Source of the DNA: Longimicrobiales bacterium
GTDB lineage: Bacteria; Gemmatimonadota; Gemmatimonadetes; Longimicrobiales; Gaopeijiaceae
Length of the DNA stretch: 64,000 bases
Assembly: GCA_965116905.1 (NCBI GenBank)
Contig: OZ220732.1
Location: 3,488,001-3,552,000, forward strand
Direction: 5' to 3'
Part shown: positions 18,701-27,926 of the stretch, in pieces
Numbering within the stretch: the stretch's first letter is position 1
Layout: each line of letters starts with the position of its first letter
Translations under genes and position numbers: made by a program
Notes under the pieces: generated by a model
Seen by the model: only the letters and a program-made list of their open reading frames with translations
Databases searched by the model: none
Told to the model about the DNA's origin: nothing

Positions 18701-20812
18701 GGTCCTATCCCTCCCGAACTCGGCAACTTGAGCAAGTTGGACTACCTGTCACTCAGCACCAACAACCTGACGGGCACCATCCCTCCCGAACTCGGCAATC
18801 TGTCAAGCGTGACCGAACTTCACCTGCAGGCGAACGCCTTGACGGGCGCCATCCCGGGACAACTCGGCCGCCTCACCACCGCCGAGGTAATCCTTCTCTG
18901 GGGCAACGCCCTGACCGGCGAGATTCCGTCGGAACTCGGCAATCTCCCCAGCGCAAGGGTTCTTTCCCTGAGCGACAACCAGCTTTCCGGCCCGATACCG
19001 GCCGCGCTGGGGAACCTGCCGAGCGTGACCTACCTGGCGCTGGACGAGAACGCCTTGCCGGGTGACCTCCCCCCCCAGCTCGGCAACCTCTCGACCGTCG
19101 AGGAACTGTTTCTGGACAACAACGACCTTTCGGGCCAAGTGCCTCCGGAGTTTGGCAGGATGTCGAACCTGACGGAACTGGGCCTGGCGAACAATTCCGG
19201 GATGGAGGGCCCCCTTCCAACCGCGTTGACCGCTCTGGGCCAGGTCGAGGCGCTCATGGCCGGGGGCACGCAGTTGTGCGCGCCCTCGGATCCGGCCTTC
19301 CAAGCTTGGTTGGAAAGGGTCCATAAGCGTCGGCTCCAACCCTGTGCCGAAGGCGACCCGCCGACGGCGTACATGGTCCAGGCCGTACAGTCGTGGGAGT
19401 TCCCCGTACCGCTGGTCGCGGACGAGGACGCGCTGCTGCGGGTGTTTGTGACGGCCACAACAGGCACCAGCGCGAGCATTCCGGCGGTCCGCGCGCGCTT
19501 CTTCCGCAACGGCCGGGAGACGCACGTGGAGGAGATCCCGGGCAAGCCCGCGCCGATCCCCACCGAACTGGACGAGAGCAGTCTCTCGAAGTCGGCGAAC
19601 GCCGAGATACCCGGCCATGTGATTCAGCCGGGGCTCGAGATGGTAATCGAGGTGGACCCGGACAATACCCTGAACCCGGCGCTGGGCGTGGCGAAACGGA
19701 TCCCGGCTACGGGCCGGCTGGCGGTGGATGTACGGGCGATGCCCCTCTTCGACCTGACGCTGATCCCGTTCATCTGGACCGAGAGCCACGATTCGTCGAT
19801 CGTGGACCTGGTCAAGGCCATGGCTGCGGACGCCGAAAGCCACGAGATGCTTTCGGATACGCGCACGCTGCTGCCGGTCGGAGATCTGGTGGTGACGGCT
19901 CACGAGCCCGTAATGACCTCGAGCAACAGCGCATTCGTGTTGCGCGACCAGGCCAAGGCGATCCGCGCGATGGAAGGCGGAACCGGACACTACATGGCCA
20001 TGATGTCCCGGCCGGTGACGGGTGCCGGCGGTGTGGCGTTTCTGCCTGGCCGGGCGAGTTTCTCGCTACCGCGCGCATCCACGATCGCCCATGAACTCGG
20101 CCACAACATGAACCTCCAGCACGCGCCCTGTGGAACATCTGGGGACCCTTCGTATCCGTATCTGGACGGATCCATTGGCGCATGGGGCTACGACTTCCGC
20201 GATGGCGGAAGCCTCGTGCGCCCGTCCAGGCCCGACCTGATGTCCTACTGCTTCCAGTCACGATGGATCAGCGACTTTTCCTTCACCAACTCGCTCCGCT
20301 ACCGCCTGTTCGACGAGGGTCCTCCGGCAGCGGCCGTCGCCACCAGGTCGCTACTCCTGTGGGGCGGAATCGGCGCCGACAGCGTACCCTACCTCGAACC
20401 GACGTTCGTGATCGAGGCGCCGCCAACGCTACCGGATTCCGCTGGCGAATACGGGCTTACCGGGCGGTCTGAAAACGGAGCCGAACTGTTCTCGCTGGCC
20501 TTTACCATGCCGGTGACGGCCGACGGCGACGGGAGTTCCAGCTTCGCCTTTGTGCTGCCGGTACGGCCGGGTTGGGAGCACCGCCTCGCAAGCGTCACGC
20601 TGACTGCACCCGATGGATCGACAACGCTCAACCGGGACAGCGACCTCCCCATGGCCATCCTCCGCAACCCGCGCACCGGACAGATTCGCGGCATCCTGCG
20701 TGACCCGCCGCTTGCGACTCAGGCGGCCGCAGACGCGGGAACGGCGCGCGTCCAGGGTCTGGACGTGATGTACAGTCGCGGGATCCCGGACGCGGATGCA
20801 TGGCGGCGATGA
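15767..20812 (+). CDS. Giant lipoprotein: Ig-like (Big_2) repeats, plant-type LRRs, C-terminal HExxH (M66-like) metallopeptidase
   Basis: Lipobox AYAC; VTVTP..WSS repeats; LxGxIPxELGxL repeats; IAHELGHNMNLQHAPCG. Confidence 0.9.
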   Translation: MSRYRIFAMAAVGLSATVWAYACGDGATEPTPTRDPSRPTTVTVTPASAELTAIGATVHLAAQVLDQNGQAMAGAAVTWSSGATSVATVSAAGVVTAAGNGTATITATAGSASGTASITVAQEVGAVTVTPAADTLLALGDTLRLSAEASDANGHVVEGTAFRWVSADTLVAIVDSTGLVTGIEPGEVSVTATAGSASGTASITVAQEVGAVTVTPAADTLLALGDTLRLSAEASDANGHVVEGTAFRWVSADTLVAIVDSTGLVTGIEPGEVSVTATAAGVSGHAELTVAAPVPTTLSVTPDTVAFTAIGQSVQLAAEVLDQARRAMEHVQVSWSSADTTVATVDSAGLVTAVRSGTTTVTASASEASGEAVVTVMQSTGSVVVSPSADTVALGDTLRLVAEAFDENGHAVEDAEFSWSSSNGSVVTVDASGLVTGVAEGMAEITAGAGDAQGTSEITVENPDRAALVALYNATDGPNWVNSEKWLTEAPLGEWYGVDTDASGRVVGLDLGGQRDEDSRQWIPHGLAGPIPPELGNLTELTELNLRHNALVGPIPAELGRLARLTRLDLWRNRLTGPIPSELGALASLTVLWLSDNDLSGAIPLELGRLGDLRNLGLAGNRLADAIPPELGNLAKLWQLSLGSNQLSGPVPLELGKLARLRSLDLGYNDLSGPIPESFFKLDGLRYFYFEENAGLCAPGTSAFVTWLDTIENRDEGLYCNAADAVVLEALHDASGGREWTNSEGWLGTPALAQWHGVTADSLGRVVTLDLTRNGLTGQLPNNLGTLAGMTILRIGDNALSGRLPSSLSSLSLVELDYADTELCAPSDESFQTWLAGIPSHEGTGEECAPLTEREILEIFYDATGGPNWTNNDNWLTDAPLRTWHGVRVNGQGRVGRLSLNSNNLTGSIPPELGSLANLTQLNLTRNAVTGEIPPALGNLSNLTFLALGGNALEGPIPPELGNLTGLWRLFLWRNDLSGPIPPELGNLSKLDYLSLSTNNLTGTIPPELGNLSSVTELHLQANALTGAIPGQLGRLTTAEVILLWGNALTGEIPSELGNLPSARVLSLSDNQLSGPIPAALGNLPSVTYLALDENALPGDLPPQLGNLSTVEELFLDNNDLSGQVPPEFGRMSNLTELGLANNSGMEGPLPTALTALGQVEALMAGGTQLCAPSDPAFQAWLERVHKRRLQPCAEGDPPTAYMVQAVQSWEFPVPLVADEDALLRVFVTATTGTSASIPAVRARFFRNGRETHVEEIPGKPAPIPTELDESSLSKSANAEIPGHVIQPGLEMVIEVDPDNTLNPALGVAKRIPATGRLAVDVRAMPLFDLTLIPFIWTESHDSSIVDLVKAMAADAESHEMLSDTRTLLPVGDLVVTAHEPVMTSSNSAFVLRDQAKAIRAMEGGTGHYMAMMSRPVTGAGGVAFLPGRASFSLPRASTIAHELGHNMNLQHAPCGTSGDPSYPYLDGSIGAWGYDFRDGGSLVRPSRPDLMSYCFQSRWISDFSFTNSLRYRLFDEGPPAAAVATRSLLLWGGIGADSVPYLEPTFVIEAPPTLPDSAGEYGLTGRSENGAELFSLAFTMPVTADGDGSSSFAFVLPVRPGWEHRLASVTLTAPDGSTTLNRDSDLPMAILRNPRTGQIRGILRDPPLATQAAADAGTARVQGLDVMYSRGIPDADAWRR
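16082..16601 (+). repeat. Near-perfect 255-bp tandem duplication (one Ig-like domain)
   Basis: Units start at 16082 and 16337; identical 85-aa translation. Confidence 0.9.
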
Positions 20813-20844
20813 AGCAATAACACGGCAGTCTCTCAGAGCGTCCG

Positions 20845-20987
20845 CGGCTTCCCACCATTCGGTCTCGGCTTTCCGCCGTTTTCGGCAGACCGAATCAGCT
20901 ACAAGCTAACGGCAGGAATGGCAGATCGTGCAGTCCTGTATGAACTTACCTGATTCCTTGGCGTGACTTGCGCCTCCGGCATTCCGC
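20845..20987. repeat. Element-terminus repeat, copy B
   Basis: GCAGATCGTGCAGTCC at 20921-20936, TTCCGC boundary 51 nt later. Confidence 0.8.
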
Positions 20988-21003
20988 TGACCGTTCTACA
21001 CAC

Positions 21004-21029
21004 TGTCAGGTGATTCTGTACTACAAAAG
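21004..21029. repeat. Orphan IS481-type terminal inverted repeat
   Basis: TGTCAGGTGATTCTGTACTACAAAA matches the IR of the IS481 at 52627. Confidence 0.6.
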
Positions 21030-21048
21030 GCCATGACACCGGACGCCC

Positions 21049-21275
21049 TCAGCCCGCGTCGCTTCGGCTCGCGGCGATCCGCTCCCGGATCCACTCGTCC
21101 ACCTCGGCCTCGATCCAGCCCACCGCGCGCGCGCCCAGCGAAACGGCCCGGGGGAAGCGTCCCTGATCCAGCCGCACGTAGATCGTGCTCCGCGACAAGC
21201 CCGTGCGGGCCAGCACCTCCGGCAGCCGCAGAAATCGTATTTGGCCCCGCTTTTTTCGTTCGGTCACACTCGTCA
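21049..21275 (-). CDS. alpA: AlpA-family excisionase/regulator
   Basis: FLRLPEVLARTGLSRSTIY...GRFP..VSLG.RAVGW.EAEV. Confidence 0.9.
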
Positions 21276-21538
21276 TCGGCCTGTCTCCTTCTCTCAATGG
21301 TGAATCCCGTAATCATCCGGGCGTTGGTCCCGTAGTGCTCGGAGTGAACACGAGTACCCGGTTGGCCGTCGCCAGCGTCGGCGAACGGCCTCGCCGCGAG
21401 GGCTCAGGACGCTGAAGGGCAACGAGTCCTGCTGACGTGGGTTGTTGGAGGCGACTGCACGTTTGGGGCAACTCTGGGGGCATCTCGGAGGCCTGCGAGC
21501 CAATGAGCCAATAAACACAACGACTTACGTGCTGCCTT

Positions 21539-22167
21539 GACAGGTTGCCGTTCGCGGTCAGCCCCGCGAACGAGCCCTGCGCGCTCTCGACCGTCTCGGC
21601 CAGCGCGGCCGCGGCGTCGAGCGTTGCGTAGTCGAGCGCGCGCTGGCGGTCGGCGGCCAGTCGGGCGCGGCGGTAGTCGTCGGCCGCGCGCGTCGCCGCC
21701 CCGGGCGGAAGGTCGCGGTACAGCGCGAGGATGTCGCCTTCCGACACCCGGTCGGCGGCGCCCTGGGCGCTTCGCCACAGTCCCGTGAACGAGCGGCCGC
21801 CCCGGCCCATGTCGCGGACGGCATCGACCGTCTCGCGGGCCGCGCCCTGGAAGTCGGAGCCCCAAGAGAGTCCGTCGCGCACGAGCCCGACGGGCTCGGC
21901 GGCGAGCCGTGAGAACGGCTGGAGCAGCGCGTCGATCTCGCCCTTCGCGGCACGCTCCATGTGGTCGAGCTGGTCCTCGAGTTCCGTAAGCTGGCGGGCC
22001 ATCGACCGGATCTGGGTGATCTGGTGCGAGATCTGCGTGATCTGGTTCGCGATGATCGTGGCCCGCTGGATCCAGCTGCCGATGTCGAACTGCGCGCTCG
22101 CGGGCTGGGGGGCCGCGACAAGCAGGAGCGGGAGGAGAAGGGAGGGTCGGAGGATGCGGTAGAGCAT
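21539..22167 (-). pseudogene. trbJ: 5' part of split TrbJ/VirB5-like gene
   Basis: Signal peptide, NQITQISHQITQI coiled coil, position between virB10 and virB6. Confidence 0.8.
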
Positions 22168-22185
22168 GGGAAAAATCCTTTCGTG

Positions 22186-23418
22186 TCAGCGGTGTGGGGT
22201 GGGGGTCGGGACGAGCACGTCCCCGGTGAACCAGATGCGCAGCCGGTGTCCGGCGCGGATCGTGATCTCGGGCATTCGGTTGAGATACCGGTCCAGGATC
22301 GAGGTGGCGCTGCCTCCGAGGCCCTGGCCGACGCCGGCGCGGAGCCCGTAGGCCGAAGCTCCGGCCAGCGTGAGGCCGCTCAGCGCGCCGACGGCGCCCG
22401 CGGCGGCGAACGTCGAGAGGTAGCGGCGGTTGACCCGGTCCTTGAGCGCGCCCTCGCCCGCCTGGTTGAGCCCTTGGAACTCGATGTCGACCCAGCTTCC
22501 GTCGGGCAGCAGCAGCCGGTGGAACGCGACGGCGAGCCGGCTCTGGTCCCGGTCCTGCACGGCCAGGGCCGTGCCGACGGCGCGCGCGCCGCGCGGAACG
22601 AGCACCCGCTGGCGGTCGGCCGAATACAGAGGCACCGACACCATGGCGAGGACCGGGCCGGGGAACTCGCCTGAGAGTTGGGTGAGCAGCACCGCTTCGA
22701 GGAACGAGCCCTCTCGGATCCGCTCCCAGCCGGGCGGGTCCATGGGTTGGACGGCGAGGCCCGGCAGGAGCGCTTCGCCCGTCAATCCGGCGTGCATCTC
22801 CGCCTCAAGCGCGGAGACCGACCGCTCGAACGACGCGAGCGCCGCATCCAGGGTCCCGTCCAGGTAGTCCTCCGGCCCGGACGCACCGCCCCCACCTTCG
22901 GCGGGCGGCGATCCATCATCCCGGCTCCGGTCCGGATCGCGGTGCGACCGGGCGACGGGAAGCGCGCGGAGCGAGCGCGTGCGCCGCTCGATCTCCTCCA
23001 GCCGGAGCGTCTCGCGAAGCTCGTGCTCCGCCTGGGGCATGCCGACAACTGCACCAGCCGCTTCGGCTGCTCGCCCACCCGCTCCGCCTTCGCTGCCGGT
23101 CCGGGCGGCCCCTTCACCCACGGCTTGTCCGGCCGGGCGCCCCTCCTGTCCGTCCCGGGCCTCTTCGGCGGCCGCCTGCAGGGCATGGCGCTCAGCCTCG
23201 GCGCGCAGGCGCCCCGCGAACGCGCGGCCCGCGCGCTCGTCCACCGCCTGCGGCTCAGCCGGGGCGGGGGCCATGGGGTCCTCGTCGGGACCCGTGAGCG
23301 ACGACGAGAACAGCATGCCGGCGACGAGCACGGCGATCAGCACGACGCCGGCCTTCGTGACGATCCCGCCCGGAAGCGCGCCCTTGGGCTCCTTGATCCA
23401 CTGCTTCCAGCGGCTCAT
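22186..23418 (-). CDS. virB10: VirB10/TrbI family protein
   Basis: GSFLEAVL..., RVLVPRGARAVG, FHRLLLPDG, PEITIRAGHR motifs. Confidence 0.9.
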   Translation of the reverse strand: MSRWKQWIKEPKGALPGGIVTKAGVVLIAVLVAGMLFSSSLTGPDEDPMAPAPAEPQAVDERAGRAFAGRLRAEAERHALQAAAEEARDGQEGRPAGQAVGEGAARTGSEGGAGGRAAEAAGAVVGMPQAEHELRETLRLEEIERRTRSLRALPVARSHRDPDRSRDDGSPPAEGGGGASGPEDYLDGTLDAALASFERSVSALEAEMHAGLTGEALLPGLAVQPMDPPGWERIREGSFLEAVLLTQLSGEFPGPVLAMVSVPLYSADRQRVLVPRGARAVGTALAVQDRDQSRLAVAFHRLLLPDGSWVDIEFQGLNQAGEGALKDRVNRRYLSTFAAAGAVGALSGLTLAGASAYGLRAGVGQGLGGSATSILDRYLNRMPEITIRAGHRLRIWFTGDVLVPTPTPHR

Positions 23419-24251
23419 CGCGCATCCTGCGGCTCGAACCGCCAGCGCGCGCGTTCGTCGCCGATCTGGAGCCAGCCGTCGCCCAGCACATGGCGGGCCA
23501 CGTAGAGGCCGTCCTCGGTGAGATCGAACGCGACCAGCGCCGGGTCGCCGTCCTTGAGTTCGTAGAGCGCCGCCGTTTCCTGGGCGTGGGAGCGAAGGTA
23601 GGTGAACCGGCCGTCGTGCCACATCGCCTCGACGAGGAACGGCCGCCGCGATGCGCGAGAGTCCAGCCGATACTCGAACCGCAGCCGTTCGGGATAGGAG
23701 GCGCGGAACGCCGCGATCTCCGCTTCCGCCGCCGCGCGGGCGGTCCGCGCGGCCTCGACCGCCTCGGCGGCCATCTCCCGGTAGGCCGCAACCTCGCTGC
23801 GGGCGACGAACGCGGGCGCGCCCGAGCCGGTCATGCCCGCGGCGTCGGGGCCCGACTCGACCCGGACAACCAGGTGCGGCGGCTCCTCGCCGTGCTCCTT
23901 AACAAGAAACGAGTAGATGCGGCCCGACTCGCACACGAGCGCGATGTTCGTCGCCGCGTCCTCGGCCAGGGGTTTGAGGTATGCGACGTTCGCCGCGCCC
24001 GTCAGGTGCCAGTACTCGGAGTCGCCGGCCACGAAGTCGAGGATCCGCTCTCCGGCGGGCAACATGATTACGGTCGTGTGGCGCACGCGCGCGCGAATGG
24101 TGTGGATGCGGTCGCCGCCGTCCTCGGCGGCCGCTACTCGAAGAAACGCCGCGTCCTCTTCGTGATGTCGAACGGCTTTGTCCTGTTGGGCGGCGGCCGG
24201 AACCGCCGCGAGCAGGAGCGTCAGGGCTATCGGTGTGGCGTTGAACCTCAT
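23415..24251 (-). CDS. virB9: VirB9/TrbG family protein
   Basis: Signal peptide, TTVIMLP.GE, WHDGRFTYL motifs. Confidence 0.85.
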   Translation of the reverse strand: MRFNATPIALTLLLAAVPAAAQQDKAVRHHEEDAAFLRVAAAEDGGDRIHTIRARVRHTTVIMLPAGERILDFVAGDSEYWHLTGAANVAYLKPLAEDAATNIALVCESGRIYSFLVKEHGEEPPHLVVRVESGPDAAGMTGSGAPAFVARSEVAAYREMAAEAVEAARTARAAAEAEIAAFRASYPERLRFEYRLDSRASRRPFLVEAMWHDGRFTYLRSHAQETAALYELKDGDPALVAFDLTEDGLYVARHVLGDGWLQIGDERARWRFEPQDAR

Positions 24252-24265
24252 GGGGCGTTGTCCTC

Positions 24266-26701
24266 TCAGGTGTGGGCGTGGGGTGTGCGGGGGCCTGCCA
24301 GGACCTCCAGCGCCTTGGCGAGTCCATGTCTCTCGACGGCCTCGGCGCGCCTTTCGGCGTCCAGCGGCGAGGAGGTGTAGAGCCAGTAGCTCTCCGGGTC
24401 GACTTCGAGGCGGAGCACGGCCGCCTCGTCCGGGCGGCGGAGGTACAGTTCGCGCTTGGGCGTCAGCTCCCGGATCCGCCCGACTTCCGAGGTGTTCAGC
24501 CGGAACAGCTCGCCGACCTCGTCCGGCAGCTCGGGGTTGGCGAGGAACAGCTTGGTCGGGATCGACTCCAGCAGCGCCGAGGCGCCCGACGTGCCGGACA
24601 CGTCCACGGCGGATTGGGTCGCGAGCACGAGCGCGGCGTTCTTCTTGCGCCAGGTCTTGGCCGCTTCGGCCAGGTAGGCGAGCACGGCCGGGTCGGCCAG
24701 GTAGCGCCACGCCTCGTCGACGACCATGAGCTTGAGGCGCGCGGTCTCGGCGGGATCCTCGATCTCGAGGCGCATCCGTTCGAGCAGGTAGGCGAGCGCC
24801 GCCTCGCACAGGTCCGCGTGCTCGGCCGCGCCCGCCAGGTCGATCACTTGCCAGTCGCCCAGCTCGAGGTCCGCCCCGCCCGCCGGCGGGTTGTCGAAGA
24901 ACCGGCCCCAGACGCCGCCCACCGTCCAGCGGCTCAGGGCGGGCCACATCGCGGCTGGAAGCGAACCGGCCAGCACGCTCAGGGTGCGCCGCTCAAGCCC
25001 GAGCGCATACAGATCCTCGATGCGCTCGCGGATCTCGCTCGTGTCCGCGCCGCCCGGCTCGTGGCCGCCGAGCTTCAGCAGCCGCAGCACCCAGCCGGTC
25101 AGGAACTGGAACGTGCGCGTGCCCGCGGGCAGCGCGAACGGCTGGAGCCTGAGCCCGGAGTCCGTATCGCCGGGCGTGAGCTCCAGGTAGGAGCCCCCGA
25201 GGAACCGGGTCAGCCAGCGGTAGGAGCCGCCCAGGTCCAGGATCAGCACCCGGGGTGAGTACTTGAGTGCCTCGACCAGCAGGAAGTTCAAAGCAAAACT
25301 CTTCCCCGAGCCCGTGGCGCCCAGGATCAGCGTGTGGCCCACGTCGCCGCGGAACAGGTCGTAGTGGTAGGCCGTCCGCCACGGCGTCTCGAACACCGCG
25401 AGCGCCTCGCGGTCCAGGTGCCCGCTCCGGGCGGAACCCCTGGGGGGCCCGAACACCGGCGCGAGGCACGCCGCCAGCCCCGCCGAGACGAAGACCCTGC
25501 GGATCTGCCGCTTCGGCGGCTGGGCCGGCAGGCGCGAGAACCACACGGGCAACTGCCCGTAGCCTTCCCGGACCGCCTTCGCGTCGTGCGCGGCGAACAG
25601 GCGGCGCACGTCGCCGTCCAGCCGCTCGACATCATCGAGCCTGCCGTGCAGCGCCACGGTGAGCGACGCCTCGCCGTAGGCCACGCCGTCGGCCTCCAGC
25701 TCGACGAGCGCAGCGCCCAGCCGGTCCGACTCGGCCGCAGCGGCCGTATCGACCATCGCGGCCGCCGTGCCCTGGGTCTCCTGCACGTGCGACATCATCG
25801 AGTAGCGGCGCGAGAAGTAGTGGCGCTGCGCGCCCCGGATCCGGCGCCTGGCCGCTTCCACCGTCCACGGGCGCCATTCGAGCGACACGGTCAGCGTGGC
25901 GTCGAGCCGGTAGAGATCCCTGAGCAGGTTCGCGTGCGCCTGGCCGGGCGGCGACAGCAGCGAATACAGAATCACCGGCTCGCCGTCGAGCCTCAGGTGA
26001 CTGCGCTCCGCTTCCAGCTCCGAGAGCGCAAGCCGCCAGTTCATGCCGCTGCCCGTCGCACCGTCCCATGCCATGCCCGGGCGGTTGATCAGTTCGGAGA
26101 GCAGCCGGGACGCTTCGATGGCTCCCAGCAGTTCAACGGGCGTGTGCTCGGCAACGAGCGAGCGGCCCGCCTCGACCATCGCCCGGAGCCGGCCCGCCGC
26201 GGCCTCGATCTCCGAGGCCAGGTAGGTCGGCGCACCCTTCCTCGAGCGCTTGCGCAGCCGCGCGAGCCGCGAGAACGGTCCCGGCCGGGTGCTCTTCCCG
26301 ACGGGACGCAGGCCGGATCCGTGCGACCACACGACGTAGGCCTCGAGCCGCTGCACGCGGCCCTCCAGGAACGCGCCGCGCTTGCGCTTCGAGACGGCGG
26401 CGATGTCCGGCCCATCCTCTTCCCCCCCGCGCGCGATGGCAGCCGGGCGCCGCAGCAGGTAGAAGTAGAGGCGCGCCCCCGGAGGCAGCCCGGACAGGAG
26501 CCGCTGCCAGAGCCCCAGCACGCGGTCGACCTGTTCCGGCGTGCGGCCGTCCACCGCGGCGGGACGCAGCCTGCCCGCCGCGAGCAGCTCGCCCGAGCGC
26601 GCCAGACAGGTGCGGCCGTCGCCGAGCCAGCCCCAGTAGGGCAGCTCCTCGGCCAGCGAGCCCGCCGCCTCATGCGCCCGAAGCTCGTCCGCGATCCTCA
26701 C
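24266..26701 (-). CDS. virB4: VirB4/TrbE ATPase
   Basis: GHTLILGATGSGKS Walker A, VVDEAW Walker B, LATQS. Confidence 0.95.
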   Translation of the reverse strand: MRIADELRAHEAAGSLAEELPYWGWLGDGRTCLARSGELLAAGRLRPAAVDGRTPEQVDRVLGLWQRLLSGLPPGARLYFYLLRRPAAIARGGEEDGPDIAAVSKRKRGAFLEGRVQRLEAYVVWSHGSGLRPVGKSTRPGPFSRLARLRKRSRKGAPTYLASEIEAAAGRLRAMVEAGRSLVAEHTPVELLGAIEASRLLSELINRPGMAWDGATGSGMNWRLALSELEAERSHLRLDGEPVILYSLLSPPGQAHANLLRDLYRLDATLTVSLEWRPWTVEAARRRIRGAQRHYFSRRYSMMSHVQETQGTAAAMVDTAAAAESDRLGAALVELEADGVAYGEASLTVALHGRLDDVERLDGDVRRLFAAHDAKAVREGYGQLPVWFSRLPAQPPKRQIRRVFVSAGLAACLAPVFGPPRGSARSGHLDREALAVFETPWRTAYHYDLFRGDVGHTLILGATGSGKSFALNFLLVEALKYSPRVLILDLGGSYRWLTRFLGGSYLELTPGDTDSGLRLQPFALPAGTRTFQFLTGWVLRLLKLGGHEPGGADTSEIRERIEDLYALGLERRTLSVLAGSLPAAMWPALSRWTVGGVWGRFFDNPPAGGADLELGDWQVIDLAGAAEHADLCEAALAYLLERMRLEIEDPAETARLKLMVVDEAWRYLADPAVLAYLAEAAKTWRKKNAALVLATQSAVDVSGTSGASALLESIPTKLFLANPELPDEVGELFRLNTSEVGRIRELTPKRELYLRRPDEAAVLRLEVDPESYWLYTSSPLDAERRAEAVERHGLAKALEVLAGPRTPHAHT

Positions 26702-27003
26702 CGGCCGCTCTCCCGAACGCGCACGTGCCACGGCTCGTCCGCCCACTTGCCCGGATCGAACCGGGCCGGGTGGCGCGACGCCGCGCGCAGCACCGCGAGC
26801 ATCGCGGGGTCCCTCCTGCCCGCGAGCCAGCCCGCGCCGTAGCAGCCGGCGAAGATCACGCCGCCGGCGACCAGCGAGGCGGTCGCGTTCCACACCGCGA
26901 GCGCGAGGGTCGCACCCAGCAGGAACAGCCGGCGCTCGACGCCCAGCACGGTGAGCGGACGGTTGAGCGCGCCGTAGCCTGGCCAGCGGTCGAGACCCCT
27001 CAC
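26698..27003 (-). CDS. virB3: VirB3/TrbD family protein
   Basis: ALNRPLTVLGVERR, DP motif; between virB2 and virB4. Confidence 0.85.
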   Translation of the reverse strand: MRGLDRWPGYGALNRPLTVLGVERRLFLLGATLALAVWNATASLVAGGVIFAGCYGAGWLAGRRDPAMLAVLRAASRHPARFDPGKWADEPWHVRVRESGR

Positions 27004-27293
27004 TAGAACAGCCAGGCCAGGAAGTTGACCGCGCCCACGGCCATCCCGATCCCGAAGATGATCCCGGCCAGCGTGCGCTTGCTCCCGCCCTCGCCGAACG
27101 CGAACATCAGCCCGCCGACGACGATCGCGATCAGCGACAGGCCCCGCGCGATCGGCCCGGTGAACTGCGTCTGAAGCTCGTTCACCGCCTCGACCCACGG
27201 GCTCGTGCCCTGCGCCAGCAGCGCGCCGGGCACCAGCGCCAGCAGCGCGGCGGCCCAGGCGGCCGCATGCAGCGTTTTCGACAAAGCTCTCAT
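27003..27293 (-). CDS. virB2: VirB2/TrbC pilin
   Basis: SPWV.AV..L...FTGPIARGLSLIAIVVGGLMFAFGEG. Confidence 0.9.
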   Translation of the reverse strand: MRALSKTLHAAAWAAALLALVPGALLAQGTSPWVEAVNELQTQFTGPIARGLSLIAIVVGGLMFAFGEGGSKRTLAGIIFGIGMAVGAVNFLAWLF

Positions 27294-27352
27294 GCTCTCT
27301 CCTCCTTGGAGTTCAGTTGCGTCCTGCGGCCAGGGCGCCCCCCGCCCCGGCC

Positions 27353-27844
27353 CTACTCCAGCCACTTCCGGACCCACTCGTCCACCTCGGCCTCGACCCA
27401 GCGGGCCACCCGCCCGCCCAGCGCGACCGGGGCCGGAAAGCGTCCCTCGGCCGACCAGCGGTAGATCGTGCTCCGTCCCAGGCTCGTTCGGGCCTGGACC
27501 TCCGAGATCCGCAGGAAACGGGTCGCCGGAGCCGGCTTCGTTCTCTCATCGGCGCGGCTGTCGGTCATCGCTCCGCTCCGCTTCACGCTCCTCGCGCGCC
27601 GCGCGGGCCCCGGCCCGCCCCGCCGGCGCGGCGGAGCCCTGGCCCCGCCCGGGTCCAGCTCCCAGCTGTCGGCGAATGCCACAACCCGATCCGCCGTCCT
27701 GAGCGTCGGCGAGCGTCCCCGCTCGATCTGGCGCAGCAGGCCCGGGTCGCCCACCGCCAGCATGCCGAGCGTCGTCGGCGCCATCCCCGTGCTGTCGAGA
27801 AACCCGCTTATCCGTGTGTTGAATTGCTCCTCCAGCGTAGCCAT
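27353..27844 (-). CDS. Cro-like HTH fused to AlpA domain
   Basis: N-terminal GM.PTTLG.LAVGDP..LR.IERGRSP; C-terminal FLRISEVQARTSLGRSTIY AlpA. Confidence 0.75.
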   Translation of the reverse strand: MATLEEQFNTRISGFLDSTGMAPTTLGMLAVGDPGLLRQIERGRSPTLRTADRVVAFADSWELDPGGARAPPRRRGGPGPARRARSVKRSGAMTDSRADERTKPAPATRFLRISEVQARTSLGRSTIYRWSAEGRFPAPVALGGRVARWVEAEVDEWVRKWLE

Positions 27845-27900
27845 TCGACTGCCGTTTCAGCTGCGTCATGCCCGTAACGGTGTAGCGGTCACTTCAAGGA

Positions 27901-27926
27901 AGTCAACTCTTAGGAAATCTCCTAAG
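27901..27926 (-). promoter_or_regulatory. Probable tra-operon promoter with palindromic operator
   Basis: -35-like TTGACT (27901-27906) next to perfect inverted repeat CTTAGGA-N4-TCCTAAG (27909-27926). Confidence 0.5.

Larger units (their letters stand above)
3471..21552. mobile_element. 18-kb integrative mobilizable element inserted in trbJ
   Basis: 14-bp direct repeat GACAGGTTGCCGTT at 3471-3484 and 21539-21552; P4-type integrase at left end, AlpA at right end, GGGGCA(T/A)C arm-type repeats near both ends, mob module inside. Confidence 0.9.
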
